Part shown: positions 1 to 12,514 of the stretch, in pieces
Layout of the letters: the number at the start of each line of letters is the position of its first letter
How positions within the stretch are numbered: position 1 is the stretch's first letter
From: Octopus bimaculoides
Lineage: Eukaryota
Direction: 5' to 3'
NCBI RefSeq assembly: GCF_001194135.2
Contig: NC_068986.1
Location: forward strand, 38,400,605 to 38,464,604
DNA: 64,000 bases
Position numbers and translations under genes: made by a program
The notes under the pieces: generated by a model
Databases searched by the model: none
Told to the model about the DNA's origin: nothing
The model's input: only the letters and a program-made list of their open reading frames with translations

Positions 1-48
1 TGATATTTTTGAAAGTGTGTAATGAATTAGAGATTAACATTTTGCAAG

Positions 49-137
49 ATTTTGTCCACTTTAAAACTAGAAAGACATACCATATTCTCTGGCATGCAAG
101 TTGAATTTCTTGGACCAAAATTTACAGCCAGAAAAGG
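49..137 (+). CDS. Candidate coding exon of an unidentified gene (ILSTLKLERHTIFSGMQVEFLGPKFTARK-G)
   Basis: ttttgcaag acceptor and strong GG|GTAAGT donor at 138. The 89 nt are open and end in phase 2, which fits the exon at 4729. An alternative acceptor at 70 gives another open frame (KDIPYSLACKLNFLDQNLQPEK). Confidence 0.3.
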
Positions 138-1040
138 GTAAGTTGATATACATGCCAAGACAATGCTGGAGGAACAAAAATTTCATGTGAAATGCAGCAG
201 GATTTGGAACGATAGTGACAATGTTTGAATGTTTACACTACATGTTTTCCCTTGAAACTACATCAACTTGTATGCCAGAAAATATGTCACTCTGTGGTGA
301 GAATCTATCATGTTTTAGTTTATATACTTCCTAGCCTAAAATAAAGTCTATATATTATAATCTGTTGGTATTATTTAGTGAATACTATCTCTAGAGTTTA
401 AGAACAGTATTAATTGTTGTATTTCTAATTTGAGCAGCTTCTTATTTTGGAGTTATAAAAGAAAATAAAGATTATCTTTCAGAATGTCATTAATAAAGAG
501 GAAAGACTGAGGTTAAAATCTGAAGATAATTAAATTTTCAATTAACTAGTTTTCATTATGATGTATAAAATTATCAGACAAAATCTAATGTTGGTTATTG
601 ACATTGCTAAAACAAGGTGTTGTAACATGGTTTTTTTCTGACATTGCTAAGATATGGCTGCAGTATTATTTAATGACATTACGTTGATAGACTGTGCACA
701 AATGTTTCTACTGAGGCACATTACAGCCTCACAGCCTAACTAAAAATAAATGGTACCACACATGCTTAACTTCTGATTTCATATCTCAGCAAAGTCAACT
801 TGCCTTACATCTTACTGCAGTTGATAAAAATTAGTATAATTGACTATATCCACCTCTAAAGTTGTAGTCTTGTGTCAGTGTCAGAACTTACTGTAATTTT
901 CAAAGATCTGCCAAAATCAACCAACTTTTTTTTTAACCATACTAACTTTCTAGAAAGAACTACACTGAAAAATTATAAAAGCAGCTTTGCTTTTGTTTTA
1001 CACTCTACATTTCGTTTATAAATTTAAAATTTAATCATTT

Positions 1041-1257
1041 AAGGTGGCGAACTGGCAGAATCATTAGTACTCCAGGCAAAATGCTTAGCGGCATTTCATC
1101 TGTTTTTACATTCTGAGTTCAAATTCCAGCAAAGTTAGCTTTAACTTTCATCCTTTCTGAGTCAATAAATTAAGTACCAGTGAAACACTGGGGTCGATGG
1201 AATCGACTAGTCCCCTCCCCCAAAATTTCAGGCCTTGTGCCTTTAGTAGAAAGGATT
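1041..1257 (+). mobile_element. tRNA-derived SINE, family A
   Basis: aaggtggcgaactggcagaatc...gagttcaaattcc (B-box-like)...ggccttgtgcc; near-identical copies at 2207, 15624, 35537, 35757 and on the minus strand elsewhere. Confidence 0.85.
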
Positions 1258-1659
1258 GTTTTGGGCTGAAAATATTTACATGTTCTTATATAATAAAACT
1301 CTGTGCCATGATGATTTATAGCAAGTCTGAGAACATGATGTTCAACACCAAAGAAAATTCCCTTCCATCTTATTAGGTAACTAATTAAATGTATGAAAGA
1401 CAGTAAGAAAGAAATCATTTTTAGTGTGCTTATTGGCTTTGCTAAGACAAGACTTTTCGTAGTTACAATGCCAACCTTCCAGACACCGATGGCTTGGAAC
1501 CTCTTTTAATCCACACTAATTTATGGGCAGAAACTTCAAATTTCTGCAACTGCCAGATTATTTCATTTGTACAATGCATAGTACAGTATTAATAAATTTG
1601 TATCATTTATGCCAATGTACAGGTACTTATATTTCATTTAATTATTTAAGTAAATCTAA

Positions 1660-2187
1660 CCCTTTAGAATTCAGATTACTGTCAAACATAATGCTTATTT
1701 ATTTATATTGTTTTGTATTATAATGAAGGCACATGGTATCTTGCTCACAATCATGAGGTAGTGAGTTCCATTTCCAGACTGGGTTGTGTGCTGTGTTCTT
1801 GAGCAAGACACTTTACTTCACATTGCTCCAGTTCATTCAGCTGTAGAAATGAGTTGCAATATTATTGGTGCCAAGCTGTATTGGCCTTTGCCTTTCCCTT
1901 GGATAACATCAGTGGCATAGAGAGGGGAGGCTGGTATGCATGGGTGACTGCGTGTCTTCCATAAACAACCTTGCCTGGACTTGTGCCTTGAAAGGTAACT
2001 TTCTAGGTGCAGTCCATGGTAGTTCATGACTGAAGGGAGTCTTACCCTTTTTTACCTTACACCCTTTGTATTAATCATGCATTATCTCATAGCTTTGAGA
2101 TTTCAATGAGCTGATTGTTTATTTTTAGAATGTCAATGTAGGGTCGGTGTGAGAGGCTTAGATATGGCCAGTCTAAATGCTAAAAGG
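1660..2187 (+). mobile_element. piggyBac-like MITE (CCCTTTAG termini, TTAA target), interrupted by a SINE
   Basis: ctaa|ccctttagaattcag ... aatgctaaaagg|ttaa; both halves match the uninterrupted copies at 36506 and 49750. Confidence 0.75.
1721..2064 (+). mobile_element. tRNA-derived SINE, family C, nested in the MITE
   Basis: Head aaggcacatgg, body ttcttgagcaagacactttacttcac shared with 18005 and 18894; flanking direct repeat tttgtatta (1712-1720 and 2065-2073). Confidence 0.8.
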
Positions 2188-2206
2188 TTAATATTTCTTT
2201 AATTTT

Positions 2207-2420
2207 AGGCAGTGAGCTGGCAGAATCATTAGCACACCAAACAAAATGTCAAGCAGCATTTCATCTCTCTTTATGTTCTGAGTTCAAATGCCATTGGGGT
2301 TGACTTTGCCTTTCATCCTTTGATGGTCAATAAAATAAATACCAGCTGAGCACTGGGGGTGATCTAATTGATTTAACCACTTCCCTGAAATTGCTGGCCT
2401 TGTGCCAGAATTTGAAACCA
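2207..2420 (+). mobile_element. SINE family A
   Basis: Aligns by eye to 1041-1257. Confidence 0.8.
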
Positions 2421-3399
2421 GTATTTCTTTAATTTAGAGTGTGTTGACCAAGGGACCACCATAAAGGCTTTGGAATCAAAGGTTCTGGAAAATCTATGTT
2501 GTACGTTTATGTTGTTTACTGAAATTGCTAAGACAAAATTCTGTAGTTACATTGTTTTTCTGGTATTGCTAAGATTAGACTTTAAAGTGTGTTGTTTACT
2601 AATTTTGCAAAGCACATTTTAATTTGTTGTTTACTGGCAGTCGTGGAAATCTAGAATGTTTATTGACAACGCTGGGATTTTGCTCAATAGTTCAACTGCA
2701 CAGAGGAAATATAAAACGAAAAAGAATATGGTTATTTCTCTTATTCAATCAGCTCTATTGTTGATGAGCCCCACCAACACTTTATCCTGTATGATATCAG
2801 TTTCTCCTTTACATCCTGGAATTCAGTTTATTTCCCAAACAACTTGAAAATAAGTTCTAAAAATAAATTGTAAGGAAATAAATAAAAGGGTTTGGACAAT
2901 TGACGTTTATGAGTGAGAAAGCAATAAGAAACAAGAACTCAAGTATATCTCTGTTTGCAGCTAAAACAAACTACTGAAATACCATCTTAAATTAACAGAC
3001 AACACATTGCAAATGACACAGTTTCCATGGTTTTGCTCAACCAACACCATATCTGTTAACAAGGAATCCACTATGGGATCACACTACTTGCTAGAAATAG
3101 CTGCCAAACCTCCATCAAATCATGCTCTCATTAATTCATTTCCTATCTGTTTTCTCCATACTAGTATAGGTTAGACAAATACATATTACTGAGGTATTGT
3201 TTTACAGCCTGCTACCCTTCCTGTTGCTCTAAATCTTTTTTGTTTTTTGTATTTTTAAGTAAGGTAGTTTTCACTTACTCATATTCAAAAATGCAGTGTT
3301 ATTGGATTTGCTGATTGGAGAATGTCTACAAACAGCACCCTCTGTAGCTCGGCTCAGGGTAGCATGTACACATGCACATATACACATACCACCTCCCAC

Positions 3400-3560
3400 C
3401 ACCACCACACATACAACTGGTTTTGTGCAGTTTCTGCCTACCAAATTAACTATAAATACTTTGGTCAGCCAGGGTCTGTAGTATTGTACAATTGTCCAAG
3501 TTGTTGCACAGTGGGACTGTGTCCAAAACAGTGTGGCTGTGAAGCAGACATTTTAACTAC
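3400..3560 (-). mobile_element. SINE family B, decayed 5' half
   Basis: Minus strand reads ctacagaccctggctgaccaaag...ttggtaggcagaaactg, matching family B. Confidence 0.5.
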
Positions 3561-4728
3561 ATCAAGTCTTCTGTGGTGTGTTGCTTATTAACATTGCCCA
3601 AATTCTATTTTACTCTGATGTTGCATAAGAATCTACACTAGTTACTGAACATAATTCTTATCTTTAAGGATAAATTTTAACACTGAATTTGAATTACAGA
3701 GAAGTGTAGTCATATAATTTTATTTTCAGTTTAACCAATTATCTTTTTTTTCTATTAGAATTAAGTACATACTGAATATAGTAAATTCACTTATATCTCT
3801 TTGGAGACGAGGCAGTTTTTGATTATTATTTCTTTTTTTTTAACCCTTCAACTGTGAAATGAAATTTTATAGTTATTCCTGTAATGATGTTTAATATCTA
3901 CCAAAAAATATAATGGATATTTTCTGCAAGTCACATTACCTCAATAAACTTGATGTGTCTCAACAGAAAATAGTTTTAAACAAACATGACATTCCCCAAC
4001 AAAAGATGGATTGGTATAAGAACTGCTTTCTGTAGTTAAGGGTAATGAAATTTTGAGTGGATATGTCTGATTTCTACAAAGAAAAAGGCGAAGGAAATTA
4101 TTTTGTTGAAAAACACACTCATCTGATTGCAGTCAACCAAGAAATCCAGTTTCACTAAATAACTATACAAAAAAAACCTTCTAGATTTTTGTTGTTTGTT
4201 TTGTTTGCTTTTTTCCCCCCCTACCACTTCCATACTATTGAATGTGTTGTCAGTTGTTTAAACTTTTGTGATTTTCTTAATTTATAAACCTTTTGAAAAA
4301 AATATACTGGAGTGGTTTCAAGATTCCACTCCTAGCCTATAAGAGGGCTTGAACTCAGCATGAAATTCTAATGAAATGTTCCTCAGTTTTACAATGTTCC
4401 CTTTGCTTATAACATTAAGTTGCATAATTTGATGTTACCCAATGAAAATCAAGTAGAGTGGAATCAACAACAGCTAAATGTATTGACCTTAGACAAGGTG
4501 ATAATTGTAATAGCTTTTGACTGAGATGGGGATTACTAAAAGATTAGCTAAGGTAATAAATCCTTAGATTACATCCTTTGAGTGCTACCTTCTGATGAAT
4601 TCTAGTTCTACTGAAAATCGGTTTCCATCACTGTCTCCCATCACCAAGATTATTAGAATATCACAAAAACAGATGGGTTCTTTCAATCAACTATGCTCTT
4701 CTATTATTAAAATTGCCCTCATGTGTAG

Positions 4729-4780
4729 GTGGAAAGAAATTTACACAGCTATATTTAATCAGATTCTCTATGACATGCAG
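4729..4780 (+). CDS. Candidate coding exon (x-WKEIYTAIFNQILYDMQ)
   Basis: ccctcatgtgtag acceptor and consensus CAG|GTAAGA donor; 52 nt open in unique, non-repeat sequence. Confidence 0.5.
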
Positions 4781-5635
4781 GTAAGAGGAACTTGGTGAGT
4801 TAATGAGATCTATATATTTGTATGATTTAATATGATTTTATATTATTTTCTTTATATAATGAAATATAAGGTAATGTTTTTTTCTTAAAAATTTGCGCTT
4901 CATATACATGTCCTTATATTTGAATATTTATAAGTCTTTTACATTTTTTTTCTTACCAGTGGGGGGCAATAAGGGAAAGAATTTTCACCAGCAAAAAAAA
5001 AAAAGGTCACTTTATATTTAATGTTAAGTTAGATTCAAGTGTATGTAGTAATTAGTTTCTTTGAAAAAGCCAAATTGTTATTGCTTGTTTTGTCAATGTT
5101 GCTAAATATTGCATCAATTAAGTATGAATGTGCAGGATTTAGTGTAGAGTTTTCATAAACAATACTTTTGCTGCTGTTACTATTGAATATATATTTATAA
5201 GTGCTATTATTTAATTTTCTAAAGTGAAAACAAAGTAGAGGTTATATTTTCCTAAATGAAAGGGCTTTCAGTTATTCAAAATACTCAAAATAAACTAGAT
5301 GCACTCACCAAACAGATTGACTGAATGGCATGTGATTTTGAACAATGGATACTAAAGCATAAAGGAATAAGTGATTTGGGTACATATGTAGATTTTTGTA
5401 GATTTTTCTTCAGAAAGACACACATACTTATCACAATTTATACTTATTTAGAAAATGAATAGGTGCCATGATGTCTAGGAAAGTTAATCTGTTCCAGACT
5501 AAGATCATATCCAAGGGAAATTTGTCAATTATTTAATTTAAAAAAAAAAGGTTGGTAGGAAAAGTATTATTGTGAAGCAGTGTATCTTTGGGTAAGGATG
5601 AATCTGACTATAAATAAAACAACTAACACAAACAG

Positions 5636-5747
5636 CCTTGCAATATGAATTTTGGTAACAACCCTCCACTCTCTGCTATCAATTCTTCAAAGGCACCACT
5701 ACCTGCATTCAAGCCTGCCTGTGTGTTATCGAAGTTAAACTTGTATG
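5636..5747 (+). CDS. Weak candidate exon (PCNMNFGNNPPLSAINSSKAPLPAFKPACVLSKLNLY-G)
   Basis: Locally GC-richer unique sequence; its phase-0 start fits the exon ending at 4780. The acceptor lacks a pyrimidine tract, and the minus strand is also open (ORF 5623-5841), so the strand is uncertain. Confidence 0.25.
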
Positions 5748-6000
5748 GTAGGATGATATGAAATGGTATAAATATCACACACTTCTCAAAGTATCCAGTT
5801 GCTACTATCAACAATATTAATAGCAATAACAACAGTTTCATGTCTCATTTTATGAAATATATTTCAATATTTTTATAGTATTAATTGTGTGTGTGTGTGT
5901 CTAGCCATTCAAAGGAAACAATTCACTTTCTCTGTGCTCCAAGTTTCCCATTCTTTGCACATTTTTCGAAAAAATTCATGGTGTTTCCCTTGGTCTAACG

Positions 6001-6262
6001 CAGTGGTTCTCAACTGGGTTCCATATGGTCCTTGGGGTGCCACATAAGATTAAGATTTTGTTGTTAAAAATTCATCTGCAATAAATTGGTTATACCTCTA
6101 CAATACACAAAATATTAAATTTTTTTTTTTGTACAATTTATAATAATATTTAATGATAAAAATATAATAGGATTTTTTAAAACATGGAATGGTTATAGGG
6201 GTCCAGTAGAGTAAGATAGGAATCAATGGTGTCGATAGACCAAAAATGGTTGAGAACCACTG
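6001..6262 (+). mobile_element. hAT-like MITE
   Basis: TIR cagtggttctcaac / gttgagaaccactg; degenerate 8-bp TSD gtctaacg / gactaatg; same family as 56783-57043, in the opposite orientation. Confidence 0.8.
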
Positions 6263-6454
6263 GACTAATGTATATAGTTAGTTCTATTGCATTGTGCTAT
6301 CAGAGTGGCAAAGTTCGCCATACAATTATAGCTAACTTTTATGCTGTTTTTATTCAGTAGTTTGTTTGGTGGAGAAATGTATTTTTATCAATGCTAGAGA
6401 ATATTTAGGCGATATTTAATGTTGTAATCATGCTGCTATTATTATTATTATTAT

Positions 6455-6690
6455 CATCATCCCCATCATTTAACGCCCATCTTCCATGCTCACATGGGAT
6501 GGTTTAACAGGATGGTTTAAACTCATATAGGCAGTTTAACAGGATCCAACAATCCAAAGGATTGAGCTGAGAACCAATGGCATGTTTTTTATGACTTCCT
6601 AGTGTCAACTACTTTCAAGAGTGTACTGAGTACTCTTTTGGTGAGGGCACTAGTGAGGTCACCAGCTAAATTGCAAGACAAAAAATCCCC
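6455..6690 (-). mobile_element. RTE LINE 3' tail (or RTE-tailed SINE), decayed
   Basis: catcatttaacgcccatcttccatgct matches the 3' end of the RTE at 21765. Confidence 0.6.
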
Positions 6691-7689
6691 TTTTCAATGG
6701 GGACATCCCCACTGAAGTCAAAGGGTTTTTTTTTAGAAGAGGGAGACAGATGGCTGTACACCAGATGTTGAGATACTAAAGAATGATTGATGGACCGACA
6801 CAGGTTTATTGTTGTATTGGAGATACATGACTATTCTTCTGTTCTATGAGGACATGTGGGAGTAGCTGGAGCAAGAGATGCTGAAGGTGATGATAAGGTA
6901 TCAGAGCATACTCTCAATGTACAAGAAGGTGAATATAAGAAAGAAAAGGGACAGAGGATCTTGGAAAGGCAGGCAACTAAATTTACAAGCGTGCGAGAGG
7001 AGAGTGATGGATGATTAGAGATGGAGGTAAAAGAGAATATAGTGAGTAGTGAACAAAAGACTGAGCTGTGGTTGATGATAAATATGGGAAAGTAAAAGAA
7101 CCAGAAGTAGTTTAGAAACGAAGAGGTAATAATCTGCAGTACAACATCCCTGAAGTGGAGTGGCTGCTACAGTGAGTATAACTGGCCTTTCTCTGTGACA
7201 ATACCATTGTAGCCATTACCATGAAGCACAGCTGAGCATACTATTTGTTCTGGGTTGTGTGGCTCATTGCCTCCTCCCACTCCGTTTTCAGCTCCTTTAC
7301 TCCCCACCTTTTTCTTTCTTTTCCTTTTTATATTTCTTTGTTTTATTATACTGTTACTATTGTTTTTTTTTTTATTAATAATGGTGGGTAAATTTTGGAA
7401 AAAAACTGCTTATAGAAACCAGTTGCATTCCCTTCATTTGGTTATAAAGTAGAAATGATACATATTTCCAGCAGTTTCAGTAGACTTTATCTTTCATCAG
7501 TCTAACTTTGATTGCAGAAATATCACTGATCCATTTGTATCTAAGCCAGAAATTATTTCTTTTTTTTAGAAGATCTGGTTAATGTCCTAGTGGACAGTTA
7601 TTACAAGGGAGATAATCATTTCTTCATATTTGGTGGGATTAGAAATACGCACACACACACACACATACACATATATATATATATAATGT

Positions 7690-7890
7690 ATGTATGTATT
7701 TATCTGTGTTTGCTTGGCAATTGATGTTGATGTGCTTATGTCCCTGTAACCTAGCAGTTTGGCAAAAATGACTGATAGAATAAGTACTAGGCTTATAAAG
7801 AATAAGTTGATTTCTTCAACTAAAAACCCTTTGAGGTGGTGCTCCAGCATGCCTGCAATTAAATAACGGAAGCAAGTAAAAGAATATGTA
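7690..7890 (+). mobile_element. SINE family B, 3' half
   Basis: gatagaataagtactaggctt...ggtggtgctccagcatg. Confidence 0.7.
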
Positions 7891-8107
7891 TAGAGCTACA
7901 TTGTTCAATGTTTATACATATGTATGTGTGTGTATATTTAACGCAGAAAGATTAGATTTGAGAGAGATATAGCCCCTGTTTTTAGTAAACTGAGTTTCCA
8001 TATAGAGGCCTCCTTTGTATCAAATAATTTCTTTCTTGCCAAGCAATTTTTTTCATACAAGACAAAACAATGATGATTGAATTTTCATTCGTATCAGACA
8101 TTTTTTT

Positions 8108-8317
8108 TTTATTCGTTTACTTGTTTCAGTCATTTGACTGTGGTCATGCTGGAGCACTGCCTTGAAGGGTTTTAGTTGAACAACTCGCCCCCAGGACTTT
8201 CTGTTTTTAAGCCTATTATTCTATTGATCACTTTTGCCAAACTGCTAAGTTACAGGGACATAAACACACCAACACCAGTTGTCAAGTGGGAGGGGGGACA
8301 AATACAAACACACACAA

Positions 8318-8349
<32 letters not shown>

Positions 8350-8510
8350 ATGACAGGCTTCTTTCAGTTTCCTTCTACCAAGTCTACTCACAAGGCTTTG
8401 ATTGATCTGAGGCTATAGAAGAAGACACTTGCCCAAGATGCTACACAATGGGACTGAACCCAGAATCATGTGGTTGGGAAGCAAGCTTCTTACCACACAG
8501 CTACACCTGT
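8108..8510 (-). mobile_element. SINE family B, full length with central (TA)n
   Basis: Minus-strand head tgtgtggtaagaagcttgcttcccaaccac...gggttcagtccca and tail aatgactgaaacaagtaaa. Confidence 0.85.
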
Positions 8511-8613
8511 GCCTGTATGTATAATTTTTGAAAGCAGACAATGAGACATTTAGCCCTTTAGCATTTAAATCAGCCCCTTTAGCATTTAAATCANNNNNNN
8601 NNNATGAGACATT

Positions 8614-8860
8614 TAGCCCTTTAGCATTTAAATCAGCCCCTTTAGCATTTAAATCAGCCATATTCAACCTAAATATTCTACCTGTTTTATGTTCAAACTA
8701 GCCAAGTCTGGTTTTTCACACTTACTCTACCCAGTGTCATTCTGAAAATAAGCAATCACAGCACTGAAACCTTGAAGATCTGAGATAATTCATGATAAAT
8801 TCAAAACAATGTGAATAAATAAGTATTACGTTTGACAGAGTAGTCTGAATACTAAAGGGT
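8614..8860 (-). mobile_element. piggyBac-like MITE with a duplicated 21-bp terminus
   Basis: ccctttagcatttaaatcagc twice in tandem, then body ending ctaaagggtta. Confidence 0.75.
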
Positions 8861-9104
8861 TAGTGTGTTGGCTGAATCTGATAGATTGAAGATTAGCAGA
8901 GTTAGGTTTCTACAGATTAGTTAGCAATGACAAAGGCATTTTTTGATATAGTTAGAAGGAGGAACAGCCAGCATGATTTTTATGAAGTTTTCACTTGGTG
9001 GTTAGTTGTAAATCAAAGAAGATAAGTAGGGATGTCAGATTAACAGATTGCAATGGAAAAATATCACTGCAAACAGTGTTTTGACTAGCAAATAGGTTAA
9101 TAAA

Positions 9105-9276
9105 TCATCATCATCATCATCGTTTAACGCCCGCTTTCCATGCTAGCATGGATTGGACGATTTGACTGAGGACTGATGAACCAGATGGCTGCACCAGGCT
9201 CCAATCTGATCTGGCAGAGTTTCTACAGCTGGATGCCCTTCCTAACACCAACCACTCCAAGAGTGTAGTGGGTGCT
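9105..9276 (-). mobile_element. RTE 3' tail with (GAT)n end
   Basis: catcatcgtttaacgcccgctttccatgctagcatgg...gtagtgggtgct matches 21765-21950. Confidence 0.8.
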
Positions 9277-9476
9277 AGGTTAATAAATAGTTTAATAAAA
9301 CTGCAGGAAATGAATAATAAGAAGGGTAACCAGAGATGAAATGAAACAATTTAGATTGGTTACTAAACATTAACTTAAGAGATAATCAGTGATAAGAGAT
9401 ATACAGTAGTAGTTTTGCAGATGTGTGGTAGTGACTTAAAAATGCCTTAGAAAAATACAGTTTTAAGTAATATATT

Positions 9477-10198
9477 TCTCACTTGTTTCAGTCTTTGGAC
9501 TGTGACCATGCTGGGGCACTACCTTAAAAGGTTTTTAAGTCTGGTATTTATTCTATTAGTCTCTTTTGCTGAACTGCTAAGTTATGGGGATGTATACAAA
9601 CTAACATCAGTTGTTAAGCAGTGGGGGCAGACACACAAAGACATAAACATGCACACACAAAGACACAAACACACACATGCACACACACATATACACACAC
9701 ACATACACATATATATATATATATATATATGCAAAAGGAAATTTAGAAAATGGAGATGTATTAATATAATTTATTATCTGCAAAAATCCAGCATATTCTG
9801 TCAGAGCTGTTTCAATTTAGCCTAAAAGATTAAATTACAATAATTAAACCATTGTATTAGGCAAAATCTCATCAGCGATGATTTGAAAACATAACATTTA
9901 ATACCATAATGGTATATCTGTTCTACCCCTCCGATGAGATTTTGCCTAATACAATGATTCAATTATTGTAATTTAATCTTTTAGGCTACATTGAAACAAC
10001 TGTAAGAGAATATGTTGGATTTTTGAAGATAACAAATTATATCAATGCCACATCTCCGTTTTCTAAATTTTCTTTTGAATATTTATAAACCAAGATTTAT
10101 ATTTAGACCTATCATTTTATGAATATTATTCACAAAAAATTCTAGGCAATGAACCAGTAATTCATTGGATATTATTACTATCCCTTAACCTCTAATTG

Positions 10199-10237
<39 letters not shown>

Positions 10238-10388
10238 CTTCCACACAATTTTCATTTGTTAAATTCACTCATAAGGCATTTGTCAGCTCAGGGCTATAGT
10301 AGAAGACACTTGCCCAAGGTGCTACACTATGGGACAGAACCTAAAACCACATGGTTGCAAAACATGTTACACACAGTCATGTCAGCAC
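9477..10388 (-). mobile_element. SINE family B split in its central (TA)n by a ~470-bp insertion
   Basis: 3' half at 9477-9720 and 5' half at 10230-10388; (TA)n on both sides of the insert. Confidence 0.75.
9732..10077. repeat. Foldback with ~143-bp inverted arms and a 59-bp spacer
   Basis: 9732-9873 is the reverse complement of 9933-10077 with scattered mismatches (e.g. gcctaaaagattaaattacaataatt / aattattgtaatttaatcttttaggc). Confidence 0.9.
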
Positions 10389-10959
10389 CTATGTATCTAT
10401 AAAATAATAAACAGCAGCTACACCTTCCTCAAATCATATTCTATTGTCTTACAAAAACAAAAACAAAAAGAACAAAGGAAAAGACAGAACAGGTAAGTTA
10501 ACATCCTCAATATCCCTAAAAATATGGTAACATTTACTGCTGGTTAAGATGTTTTCAATCATTGGTCTGTTCAAGGAAACTGAACAGTAATGAGGGAGTT
10601 TCCAAATGTTATGATGATGATGATAATTATGCATTATAGTAATATGAAATCATTATAATATTTATAATGAGGTTAAGGTGTCACCAATCTTCACTTGTTT
10701 CTAAGCAAGGTAATATTTCCCTGTGATCAGACATATTCTTGCTGAATGAATGATACTGTGTAATAGTTGTAATATGATTGTGACTGTTTCACAAGCAATA
10801 TCAAGATAAGGAGAGAGAGAGAGAGAGATACATACATACATGTACAGTGTGCTTGAGAAGACATATCAAATTAAGTAAAATTGTGGTTGTCTTTGCACAC
10901 AGGCATGTTCCCTGCATCCCTCTCCAGCTGAGCATCCCTAATCTTGTGGGCTCATGGGT

Positions 10960-11180
10960 GCTGGTGTCACATAAAAAGCACCCATACTGGTGCCACATAA
11001 AAGCATCCGTACTGGTGCTGTGTAAAAGCACTCAGTATGCTCTGTAAAGTGGTTGGTATTAGGAAGGGCATCCAGCTGTAGAAACCATGCCAAAACAGCC
11101 ATGGAACCTGGGCAGCTCTTCAGCTGGCCAGCTCCTGTCAAACCATCTAACTTATGCCAGCATGGAAAACAGACATTAGA
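10960..11180 (+). mobile_element. RTE 3' tail
   Basis: gggcatccagctgtagaaacc...atgccagcatggaaaacagac. Confidence 0.75.
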
Positions 11181-12310
11181 TTATGATGGGCTTCTTTCAG
11201 TTTCATCTACCAAATCCACTCACTAGGCTCTGGTTGGTCTGGGGCCATAGAAGAAGATACCCAAGGTGCCACACAGAGAGACTGAACCAAGAACCACGTG
11301 GTTCAGAACCAAACTTCTTATCACACAGCCACACCTAAAATGAGGAACCTCACAGGAATATGCTGAACAGAGGACACTATATTTTACTGTATTTATTTCA
11401 AACTTTGCTTTAGTGATCAATATACTGAATGTCAGCAACATAAGAGGATTGATTCAGTCGACTAAGCATAAGCTTCCTTTCCAAATTACAAAAATGTAGC
11501 CTTGTACTGTGTAACAAGAAATCAATAATGGCCAGAAGAGAGTTAAAAATGAAACCTATAAATCCATATAGATGCCTGTTAGTGGCATTCTCAATTGTCA
11601 TAATCTATATGAAATCATAGTTTAAGGTTACTTAAGGTTTCCCATTAAGTGAAGGATTTATACTGCTTTCTCTCATTTAACTTCAGCACTCACACACATG
11701 CACACACACACACACACACACACATACATGATACATATATGCACATACAATAACNNNNNNNNNNACATACATGATACATATATGCACATACAATAACACA
11801 AATATGCACATACATATGTGTGTGTGTATTATCACCGCCATTGCTTTCATATACACTTCTCCATGCTTGCATCAGTCAGATGGAATTCATCGATACAGAT
11901 TCCTGTTTCCAAATCTCATCTGTTCCCCAGCAAGGTAAGATTTCTTCATAGCCAGGCATGTTTTCATGGTAGATTGGAAATGAATAAGATTGCTTATTTG
12001 GCAGTGATGCTTGCTCACAACCAGCATGTAATGTCAAGACAGGGAGACAGACACACATACACTCACACATCATCATTATCATAATTTAATGTTCCTTTTT
12101 CCATGCTGGCATGAGTTGGACATTTCAACATGAACATTTCAAGCTAGAGGGCAGTGCCAAGTTCTAATGACTGCCTTGGGTTTCTACAGATAGATACTCT
12201 TCCTAATACTAACCACTTCACAGAGTGTGCTGAGTGCTTTTTACATGGCACCAACACCAATGGGGCCACCAAGTGTTCACAGGACAAGAAACTGCCTCAA
12301 CTGAATGGGG

Positions 12311-12514
12311 TATATTTTGATGTAACTTATTTTCTACTGAACCAAATCTCAAACTATGTATGCCAAAGTGTAGCTGAGGAGGTATCCTCTTTAAACTATT
12401 AACAGTTTGCAATTTAGTTAAGAACTGAATAAGTGGTGAAGCTTGGAAGCTGTTGCAATTGACGAAATGGTGGACTTAAGAATATATTCAACAACTACCA
12501 TGATTGAATGATAC
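12311..12514 (+). repeat. Unclassified ~200-bp dispersed repeat, inverted copy at 19274-19470
   Basis: ttttctactgaaccaaatctcaaactat...gtgtagctgaggaggtatcc is found reverse-complemented at about 19395-19455. Confidence 0.85.

Noticed and set aside
7455-7510. Minus-strand CTGATGA...GAAA spacing suggestive of a hammerhead
   Set aside because: Helix II is out of register, and no stem I or valid stem III/NUH could be formed
12154-12402. ORF DKKLPQLNGVYFDVTYFLLNQISNYVCQSVAEE
   Set aside because: Composed of an RTE tail plus the dispersed repeat, whose second copy at 19274-19470 has a stop in this frame
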